A DNA stretch of 64,000 bases from NCBI GenBank assembly GCA_031441465.1, contig JANOEP010000009.1:32001-96000 (forward strand), written 5' to 3'. The translations under genes were made by a program, and so were the position numbers. This DNA comes from a bacterium. GTDB taxonomy: Bacteria; Krumholzibacteriota; Krumholzibacteriia; LZORAL124-64-63. Below, piece by piece: positions 56,863-64,000 of this stretch (position 1 is its first letter; every line of letters starts with the position of its first letter). Under the pieces are notes generated by a model. That model had not been told where the DNA came from. It worked only from the letters and a program-made list of their open reading frames with translations, and ran no database searches.

Positions 56863-58593
56863 GTGATCTTCCCCACCGGTCCCAGGCTCTGGCTGCTGCG
56901 CCCCGCCGTCGTCGTGGCGACGCTGGTGCTGGCGGGAGCCGTGTTCATCGCGACGACCGTGCTCGAGATCCGCAGCGCGCGCTCGACGCTCGTGCAGTTG
57001 ACGGTCGGCCACGCCGAGCAGATCCAGCGCGTGGTCGGCGAGAGCCAGGGGCACGCGCTCGCCGCATTCGAAGCCTGGGAGACGCAGGCCGGCGAACGCT
57101 TGCTGGCCCTGGCGGCGCTCGTGGATCGCCTCGTGCGGGACGAGCGGCGGCCGCAGGCGTTGCTCGACAGCATCGCGACCGCCAACAACCTGACCTGCCT
57201 GACGGTGCGCTGGCCGGACCGGCGCACCATCGCCGCGGCCTCCGCATCTCCCGGGGCCGTCGGCGAGGCCGCGTGCTGGGACGATCTCGAAGCGGCCGGC
57301 GTGTCGTCGCTGCGGCCGGGAGAGGCGCGCGTGCTGCGGGCGCCGGCGGACGACGGCGGCGGCTACCGCCTGATCGGCACGCGTCGGCGGTCCGACGGCG
57401 GCATCGTCTGCGCGGGGATGGACGCCGCCGTCCTGGCGGCCGAACGGCGGCGGATCGGACCCGGGCGCCTGCTGCAGGTGCTGGGCCAGAGCAGCGGCAC
57501 CGCCTTCCTGGCGCTGCAGGACGAGGGAGGGATCCTCGCGGCGACGCCCAACGTGGACCGGCTCTCCTCGCTGGCCGGCGACACGCTGCTGGCGCGGGTG
57601 ATGGCGACCGGAGTTCCGGCTTCGCGCGAGGTGGTGTTCGCGGATCACCGGGTGCTGGAGCAGGTGTCGCGGCTCGACGTGGCGGGTCGACCCGTGAGCC
57701 TGCTGCGCGTGGGCTTGGACCTGAGCGAGGTCGAGCGGCGGCAGCGCGAAATTGGCCGCAGCCTAGCCGTGCACTCCCTGCTGCTGCTGGCGGCGCTGGG
57801 CGCCGGCGCCGCCCTGCTGATCGCCAGCCGGCGCCTGACGGCCGCCCGCGCCGCGTGGGCGCTGGCGCGGCGGGAAGTCACGGCTCTCGAGGAGGAGCGC
57901 GCGCGGCGGGAGCGCAGCTTCGCCCTGGGCGAGCTGGCTTCGGGCGTGGCTCACGAGATCCGCAACCCGCTCAACGCGATCCACGTCGTCGCGCAGCGCC
58001 TCGGCCGCGAGTTCGTGCCGACGCAGGGCGAGGCGGAGTACCGGCAGCTGACCGGGACAGTGCGCGGCGAGGTCGGCCGCATCAACCGCATCGTCGAGCA
58101 GTTCCTGCGCTACGCCCGCCCGGCTGCGCCGAGCCTGCGCCCGACCGACGTCGCGGCGCTGGTGCGCGACGTCGTCACGCTCGTGCAAGGCCGGTTCGAG
58201 GCCAAGGGTGTCGGGATCGCCGTGACAACGCCCGAACGGCTGGACATCACCGCCGATCCGGACCTGCTGCGTCAGGCGCTGCACAACCTGCTCGACAACG
58301 CGCTGAGCGCCTGCCCGACGGGGGCGCGCACGGACGTCGAACTGCGGGCCGAAGGCGAGCGGATCCTGCTGACCGTCCGCGACACCGGCTGCGGCATCGC
58401 GCCGGCCGAACTGGGGCGCATCTTCAACCTCTACCACACCACCAAGCCGGACGGCACCGGGCTCGGGCTCGCCGTCGTCGACCAGGTCGCCGCGCAGCAC
58501 GGCGGGCGGGCGTCGGCCGAAAGCCGGCCGGGGCTCGGCTCGGCCTTCACCCTCGAGTTGCCGCTCGGCGGCGCGACGGAGGACGCACGATGA
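56863..58593 (+). CDS. Membrane sensor histidine kinase
   Basis: Two TM segments; AHEIRNPL, NLLDNA, DTGCG, GTGLGL. Confidence 0.93.
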   Translation: MIFPTGPRLWLLRPAVVVATLVLAGAVFIATTVLEIRSARSTLVQLTVGHAEQIQRVVGESQGHALAAFEAWETQAGERLLALAALVDRLVRDERRPQALLDSIATANNLTCLTVRWPDRRTIAAASASPGAVGEAACWDDLEAAGVSSLRPGEARVLRAPADDGGGYRLIGTRRRSDGGIVCAGMDAAVLAAERRRIGPGRLLQVLGQSSGTAFLALQDEGGILAATPNVDRLSSLAGDTLLARVMATGVPASREVVFADHRVLEQVSRLDVAGRPVSLLRVGLDLSEVERRQREIGRSLAVHSLLLLAALGAGAALLIASRRLTAARAAWALARREVTALEEERARRERSFALGELASGVAHEIRNPLNAIHVVAQRLGREFVPTQGEAEYRQLTGTVRGEVGRINRIVEQFLRYARPAAPSLRPTDVAALVRDVVTLVQGRFEAKGVGIAVTTPERLDITADPDLLRQALHNLLDNALSACPTGARTDVELRAEGERILLTVRDTGCGIAPAELGRIFNLYHTTKPDGTGLGLAVVDQVAAQHGGRASAESRPGLGSAFTLELPLGGATEDAR

Positions 58594-59942
58594 CCGATGT
58601 GAGGGTGCTGATCGTCGACGACGAAGCGAACCAGCGCGAGGCGTTGGGCGGCTTCCTGCTGAAGCGGGGCTACGACGCCGTGCTCGCCGCGGACGGCGAG
58701 ACGGCGCTGCGCATCATCCACGACAGCATCGTGGACGTGATGCTCACCGACGTGCGCATGCCCGGCATGGACGGCGCCGAGCTGCTCGCGAGAGCGAGGG
58801 CGGCCAACCCCCTGCTCGAGGTGATCGTCATCACGGCCTTCGGCACGATCGCCGACGCGGTGGAGGCGATGAAGCGCGGCGCTTCCGGCTACATCACCAA
58901 GCCGATCGACCTCGACGACATCGAGCTGCAGGTCCAGAAGGCGGTGGAGCGGCGCCACCTGGTCTCGGAAGTGCGCGAGCTGCGCCGGCGGGTGGCGGCC
59001 CCGCACACGTTCGCCGGGATCGTGGCCGAAAGTCCGGCCATGACCGAGGCGCTGGACCTCGCGTCGCGGGCCGCCGCGACCGACGCCACCGTGCTGATCC
59101 GCGGCGAGAGCGGCACCGGCAAGGAACTCGTCGCGCGCGCGTTGCACCACGCCAGCGCCCGACGCGACGGCCCGTTCGTGGCGGTCAACTGCGCCGCCTT
59201 CGCCGCCACGCTGCTCGAAAGCGAGCTGTTCGGGCACGAGAAGGGCGCCTTCACCGGGGCCGACCGGCAGCGGGCCGGACGTTTCGAGTCGGCGACAGGC
59301 GGCACCCTGTTCCTCGACGAGATCGGGGATCTGCCCCAGCCGCTGCAGGTGAAGCTGCTGCGCGTGCTGCAGGAACGGACCTTCGAGCGTGTCGGCGGCA
59401 ACCAGACCCTGACCGCCGACGCGCGCATCGTGGCGGCCACCCACCGCGACCTCGAGCAGATGATCGCGGACGGAGCCTTCCGGCAGGACCTCTACTACCG
59501 TCTCGACGTGGTCAACATCCGCCTGCCGGGGCTGCGCGAGAGGCGGGCGGACATCCCGGCGCTCATCGAGCACTTCCGTCACAAGGCCGCGGCCCAGTAC
59601 GGCAAGTCGGTGGACGCGATCAGCCGCGAAGCCATGGACCTGCTGGTCAAGCACGATTACCCGGGCAACGTCCGCGAGCTGGAGAACCTGGTGACGCGCA
59701 TGATCGTGCTCGCCCGCAGCCCGATCGCGACGCTGTCCGACCTGCCGGGCGGCACGGGCGGGCAGGACACGCGACGGCTCGACGACTGCCGCGGCGACCT
59801 GCCGCGCTTCGTGGAGGAGGTCGAGAAGCGCGTCGTCCGCGAGGCCCTCGACGCGGCGGGCGGCAACCAGAGCCAGGCGGCGCGCGCGGTGGGCTTGACC
59901 GAGCGCAACCTGCGCTACAAGTTGCAGAAGTGGGGCTGGTAG
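58590..59942 (+). CDS. Sigma-54-dependent response regulator (NtrC/ZraR/AtoC family)
   Basis: REC domain, GESGTGKE, GAFTGA, FLDEIG, YPGNVREL, Fis-type HTH. Confidence 0.95.
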   Translation: MTDVRVLIVDDEANQREALGGFLLKRGYDAVLAADGETALRIIHDSIVDVMLTDVRMPGMDGAELLARARAANPLLEVIVITAFGTIADAVEAMKRGASGYITKPIDLDDIELQVQKAVERRHLVSEVRELRRRVAAPHTFAGIVAESPAMTEALDLASRAAATDATVLIRGESGTGKELVARALHHASARRDGPFVAVNCAAFAATLLESELFGHEKGAFTGADRQRAGRFESATGGTLFLDEIGDLPQPLQVKLLRVLQERTFERVGGNQTLTADARIVAATHRDLEQMIADGAFRQDLYYRLDVVNIRLPGLRERRADIPALIEHFRHKAAAQYGKSVDAISREAMDLLVKHDYPGNVRELENLVTRMIVLARSPIATLSDLPGGTGGQDTRRLDDCRGDLPRFVEEVEKRVVREALDAAGGNQSQAARAVGLTERNLRYKLQKWGW

Positions 59943-59952
59943 TCGCGCCGGA

Positions 59953-59980
59953 TTCGTCGAGGCGTTCGACGAAAACGTCG
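59953..59980 (+). promoter_or_regulatory. Putative enhancer (activator binding site), copy B
   Basis: TTCGTCGAGGCGTTCGACGAAAACGTCG containing the perfect palindrome TTCGTCGA-N5-TCGACGAA. Confidence 0.55.
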
Positions 59981-60057
59981 AGCGCCGACCGCGACGCGCA
60001 CTGGGATGGTCCCCGTATCTGTAGACAAGACAACGAAATGAGTGCGCCTCCCCATCG

Positions 60058-60073
60058 GGGCCGCAAAGTTGCT
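60058..60073 (+). promoter_or_regulatory. Sigma-54 -24/-12 promoter
   Basis: GGGCCGCAAAGTTGCT (GG-N10-GC with TTGC). Confidence 0.55.
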
Positions 60074-60217
60074 GGGAGTCGCCACAAGGTCCTCCGAGGG
60101 ACTGCGGTGAGCTACCCAACAACGAGTGGACCCCCTCGCACTTGGTAGCGATCCGTGAAGAGGGGGCGGGGAGAGGCGAGGCTCTTCCGCCCCCTCCGAC
60201 AATCTAAGGGGATGCCG

Positions 60218-60889
60218 ATGTTCAAGACATTCATCACGATGGGATTCGTCGCCGCCGCGACCGTCGCGGCGGCCGCCGATCCGTCCGGACCGCCCGTGCC
60301 GGCCGCCGGCTGGGTCGATCAGGACCGGGACCAGCGCCACGACCTGTTCCGGGACGCCGACGGTGACGGCACCAACGACGTCGACGGGCGCCGCTACGAT
60401 CACCCGTTCGCCTGGTCCGACGCCGACGGCGATCTGCTCAACGATCACTACCGCGACGCCGACGGCGACGGCGTCAATGATCTCGAGACCGGCTTCCATG
60501 ACGCCGATGCCGACGGACACGACGACAACGTGCTCGACATGAACGGCGACGGTTGCAACGACATCACGGGCCTGGCCTACTCCCGCAACGACCTGCACGG
60601 GGACCGCTACGGGTTCGTGCACGACGGCGCCTTGTGGGTGGACGAAGACGGCGACGGCTTCCCGGACGACCGGATGGGACCGGGCCACGAGGGGCGCACG
60701 GGACAAGAGGACCGCTTCCAGGATCACGACGGCGACGGCCTGGCCGACGGATGCTGGTTCCAGGACGGCGGCTTCCAGCACCACCGCGCGAACACCGGAC
60801 ACGACGGCACCGGACACGGTGGCACCGGACACGGCGGATCAGGAAACGGCGGCGGCGGCGGCTTCCCGACCGGACCGGGACCCCGGTGA
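60218..60889 (+). CDS. Secreted Asp-rich protein with about 8 Dx(D/N)xD(G) Ca-binding-type loops and a Gly/His tail
   Basis: Signal peptide; DQDRD, DADGDG, DADGD, DADGDG, DADADG, DMNGDG, DEDGDG, DHDGDG. Confidence 0.8.
   Translation: MFKTFITMGFVAAATVAAAADPSGPPVPAAGWVDQDRDQRHDLFRDADGDGTNDVDGRRYDHPFAWSDADGDLLNDHYRDADGDGVNDLETGFHDADADGHDDNVLDMNGDGCNDITGLAYSRNDLHGDRYGFVHDGALWVDEDGDGFPDDRMGPGHEGRTGQEDRFQDHDGDGLADGCWFQDGGFQHHRANTGHDGTGHGGTGHGGSGNGGGGGFPTGPGPR
60793..60837 (+). repeat. Three 15-bp coding tandem repeats (TGHDG/TGHGG)
   Basis: CACCGGACAC starts at 60793, 60808 and 60823. Confidence 0.85.
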
Positions 60890-62007
60890 CGTTGACGACC
60901 ATGCGGCGCGCCGGCCTGCTGTTCGCGGCGGTGTTCGCCTGCCTGCCGGCCGCCCTGCAGGCGCAGTCGGCCTGGACCGCCGGAGCCGGCGCCTCGCTGG
61001 TCGCGACCGACAACGTGTTCGGCACCGAGTCTTCGCCCGGGGACGACGTCCTCGACGGTCGCGGCTGGCTGCTCTGGACGCCCGCCGACGCTCTGCAGCT
61101 GGGCGCCTCCGGGCGCCTGGTCCGCTTCCTCGACAACCCGGATCTGAATCACGGCTACCTCCAGGCTTCCGCCGAAGTCCAGCGGGCGACGCCGGGCGCG
61201 CTCACACAATGGAAGGCCGGCCTGGCCGGCGCTCGGAGGTCCAACGAAGACCTCTACGCGTCCTACGACTTCCGGGAAGGCAGCGCCTACCTGTCCGCGA
61301 AACGCTACCTCGGCCCCAGCCTCACCGCCCAGATGCGGGCCGACACTTCGAAGCGGACCTACCCCGACTCCCCGGATGAGGACGCGCACCGGGTCTGGCT
61401 GTCCTTCCGGCTGCAACGCTCGCTGCCGTCGCGCACGAGCCTCGGTCTCGGCGCGCGCGCGGGATGGAAGGGCTACGCCACCGATCAGTCGGATCCGGCG
61501 GCGGCCTGGGAGGTCTCCGCACAGGCGGCCCAGTCGTTGTCGGCCAGGCTCGCCCTGCGCGCCTGGTGGTCGCACGCCCGGCTGTACGAGTACGGCGACG
61601 TCGCCGCGCAGCTCGCCGCGTTCGACAACCCCCTGCACGACGAATTTTCCGCCGACGGCCCCCGCCTCGGCGCGGCCCTGAAGGCGATCCTGCCCCGCAA
61701 CTGCCTCGCCGAGCTGTCCGCGGAACGGGCCTGGCTGGATTACCCCGGCCGCCCGCCGCAGGTCTACGATCCCGCGACGAACGAATTCCAGTTCGACGCC
61801 GACGAGCAGATCGTCCTGGGCCCCGGCGTACGGAGCGATTCGCTGTCGCGCGTCCGCCTCGATCTCGAACAACGCACCGCCGCGGCCCTGGGCGGCGCGA
61901 GTGTGAGCCTGTACGCTTCCGTCGAGTGGTCGCAGCGGACTTCCAACGATCTCTACTGGGAATGGAGCGGCTGGTCGGCGCAGGCAGGCGCGGCGATCGA
62001 GTACTGA
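60886..62007 (+). CDS. Probable outer membrane beta-barrel protein
   Basis: Signal peptide, alternating beta-strand pattern, terminal aromatic residue (AAIEY); GTGA coupling, alternative start at ATG 60901. Confidence 0.7.
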   Translation: MTLTTMRRAGLLFAAVFACLPAALQAQSAWTAGAGASLVATDNVFGTESSPGDDVLDGRGWLLWTPADALQLGASGRLVRFLDNPDLNHGYLQASAEVQRATPGALTQWKAGLAGARRSNEDLYASYDFREGSAYLSAKRYLGPSLTAQMRADTSKRTYPDSPDEDAHRVWLSFRLQRSLPSRTSLGLGARAGWKGYATDQSDPAAAWEVSAQAAQSLSARLALRAWWSHARLYEYGDVAAQLAAFDNPLHDEFSADGPRLGAALKAILPRNCLAELSAERAWLDYPGRPPQVYDPATNEFQFDADEQIVLGPGVRSDSLSRVRLDLEQRTAAALGGASVSLYASVEWSQRTSNDLYWEWSGWSAQAGAAIEY

Positions 62008-62021
62008 CCGTGATCCGACAC

Positions 62022-62058
62022 GCGGCCCGGGGACGTTTCACCGCCGCCCCCGGGCCGC
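62022..62058. terminator. Hairpin between convergent genes
   Basis: GCGGCCCGGGG...CCCCGGGCCGC followed by TTCCTT. Confidence 0.55.
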
Positions 62059-62068
62059 TTCCTTCGGG

Positions 62069-64000
62069 TCAGATCAACGGCATGTTGTCATAAGGCACCC
62101 CATGGTCCACGCAGAGGGACCACGCTGCGGGCCTGGCGGCGAGCCACGCCCGGGCCTTGGCGGCCGCGCCGGCCCACTCCACCTCGCGATCGGCCAGGTG
62201 CGTCTCGAGCGTCTGCAACGCCCACCTGGTGGCGACCACGGCGGCCGCCGTGACCGCATCCAGAGTGGTCAGGCTCCTCGCCTCCTGCTTCAGCTCCTGG
62301 AGCTTGGCGCCGACGGCCTTGGCCAGTTCCCTGGTGAGGAGCCAGGAGCCGTCCGCTTGCTGGGCCAGCATGAGTTGCATGAGCAGGTCCGGCTTGCCGG
62401 ACGCGACCTGTGTCCTTCTGCGACGAGGCGGTCCTGCGAGCTGCTCGGCATCCATCTTCCGGAACGCGCTGAACAGGGTTCTGTTCGCCTCGTGATCGGA
62501 ACCGGTGTCGAGATAGGCCTTGTAGACGATCGATTCGCACTCGTAAATCAGATGGCGCGAGTCCATCCCGCCCCACCCCCGCGTCAGCGCCACCGGCACC
62601 CGGCGCAGCTCGGCCGTCCCCTCGACGTGCGACTCCCGGTCCACGGCCACGAAACTGGTCAGGCTGGACATCACCTGGTAGGCGCAGGCCAGCTCGACGA
62701 TGCGCTTCTCGGGACCGCTGCGCTTGCGTTCTTTCTGGGCGGAGCCCGTGCGCGGCGGCGCCTCCTCCAGGTCGCGGATCGCCAGGCGGGCCATCAGGGC
62801 GGGCAGGCCGGCGTCGCTCGCGGCGACCTCCGACGTGTCCAGCGGCAGCGACCAGGACCGCACGTTCTCGCCGTCGCGGGCGCGCAGCGTCACGCTGCCC
62901 TCCCCCGCCCCGCGCAGCCGCGCCATCACCGTGAACTGCTCGCCGCCGAACAGCCGGTTGAGAATGCCGGGCGTCACCAGATCGGGCTGCAGGCCCTCCC
63001 ATTCCAGTTCGATGCCGGTCCAGGCCGGACCGCCCAGGCGCCCGAACATCCGCAACACCTTGGGTTCGATGCGCTCACCCGGGAAGACAAACTCCGCCGC
63101 GCCCCCGGTCGCGCGCGCCAGCCCGCGCACCAGGTGCTCCGAAGCGCCGCGGCCGATGCCGAAGGTGAACAGGCGCGTGCCCGGATGACTGCCGACCAGG
63201 TCGATGCACTGCTTCTCGTTGCCCACCTCGCCGTCGGTCAGCAGCAGGATGTCGCACCGGCGCCCGGCGCCCGCTTGCAGGATGTGCCGCAGCGGAGACA
63301 TCAGTTCCGTGCCGCCCAGGTCGGCGTTCATGGCCTGGATGGCCGCGGTGGCCTGGTCCAGCGTCGTCTGGTCGTAGGCGACGGCATGCGGGTAGAGGGA
63401 TTCGAAGCTCGAGCCGAAGCTCACCACGTTGAAGGAGTCGCCCGCCCGCAGGCTGCGCAGGCAGAGCAGCAGGGCGTTCTTGGCCTGCTCGATGCTCTCC
63501 CCGCTCATCGAGCCGGAGCGGTCGATCAGGAAGACGACCTCGCGCGCGACGCTCTCCGTCGCCGGCATCTCGGGCCGGAAATTCAGCAACGCCGCGAAGC
63601 CGCCGGTGGGGTCGGGCACCACCGTGACGCGCGGCTGGAAGGGATCCGACTGCCGGATGTTGAGCACGAAGTCCTGGTCCAGGGCCGTGGACTCGGCGGC
63701 CAGGGTGATCCCGGCCCGCATCCCGTCCAGGGTGATCGCCACGGGATGGCTCGGGCACTCGATGCCGCGCAGCGGCGACGCACCGGTGTAGGCCACGTCC
63801 AGGCGCAGGCCGTAGGGCACGCCCCCGGGCGCGACCGGCGGCGTGATGTGGTCGCGCTCGGACGGGTCCATCCCGGCTGCCTGATCGGCGGGGATGTAGC
63901 GCGGCGAGATGGTGGTGGGTAGGCTGAGGCGCACCCCGTCGGCCGTGGCGTCCAGCATGGTGGCGTACTCCAGGGTCACGGTCGCCTCGGCGCCCGGGGC
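62069..64000 (-). CDS. VIT/VWA-domain protein (5' end outside the window)
   Basis: MIDAS motif DRSGS, LGGTE, LLTDGE, FTFGIG; ITI-like PTTISPRY and SSLTSFVAVD. Confidence 0.88.
   Translation of the reverse strand, partial: APGAEATVTLEYATMLDATADGVRLSLPTTISPRYIPADQAAGMDPSERDHITPPVAPGGVPYGLRLDVAYTGASPLRGIECPSHPVAITLDGMRAGITLAAESTALDQDFVLNIRQSDPFQPRVTVVPDPTGGFAALLNFRPEMPATESVAREVVFLIDRSGSMSGESIEQAKNALLLCLRSLRAGDSFNVVSFGSSFESLYPHAVAYDQTTLDQATAAIQAMNADLGGTELMSPLRHILQAGAGRRCDILLLTDGEVGNEKQCIDLVGSHPGTRLFTFGIGRGASEHLVRGLARATGGAAEFVFPGERIEPKVLRMFGRLGGPAWTGIELEWEGLQPDLVTPGILNRLFGGEQFTVMARLRGAGEGSVTLRARDGENVRSWSLPLDTSEVAASDAGLPALMARLAIRDLEEAPPRTGSAQKERKRSGPEKRIVELACAYQVMSSLTSFVAVDRESHVEGTAELRRVPVALTRGWGGMDSRHLIYECESIVYKAYLDTGSDHEANRTLFSAFRKMDAEQLAGPPRRRRTQVASGKPDLLMQLMLAQQADGSWLLTRELAKAVGAKLQELKQEARSLTTLDAVTAAAVVATRWALQTLETHLADREVEWAGAAAKARAWLAARPAAWSLCVDHGVPYDNMPLI

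Noticed and set aside
56670..59942. Apparent 1090-aa fusion ending in the response regulator
   Set aside because: The real start is ATG 58590 with an RBS and ATGA coupling; the upstream part is an off-frame shadow of the kinase. The extended ORFs at 32321-34495, 44886-47063 and 50059-51420 were trimmed for the same reason.

Overview
The window has two parts. Bases ~1-26.9 kb are an integrated mobile element that abuts the 3' end of a tRNA-Asn(GTT) gene; its left end is probably outside the window. It carries a lambda-type DNA packaging module (HNH, a cos-like site, ParB-methyltransferase, TerS, GpA-type TerL), but no portal, capsid or protease gene follows TerL. It also has a convergent replication/recombination operon ending at an iteron-rich origin, its own sigma-70-family factor, an ImmA/ImmR-like switch, a DUF2924/large serine recombinase operon and a complete qatABCD anti-phage system. 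The main new signal is three copies of a motif, CCGACAC-N14-GGGTARGTAA, one in front of each of the packaging, replication and recombinase operons. This suggests a regulon run by the element's own sigma factor, whose gene sits behind a structured leader with alternative pairings. Bases ~27-64 kb are very GC-rich host chromosome: PAS and FHA-GAF-PP2C genes, RND and ABC exporters, a DUF2723 glycosyltransferase, alkaline phosphatase, a radical SAM enzyme, an hdrCBA-flx cluster, a Ser/Thr kinase, an alcohol dehydrogenase and a VWA protein. A sigma-54 two-component system is flanked by two sigma-54 promoters that share an upstream site and drive secreted DxDGDG-repeat proteins. All product calls come from motif recognition by eye; no searches were run.
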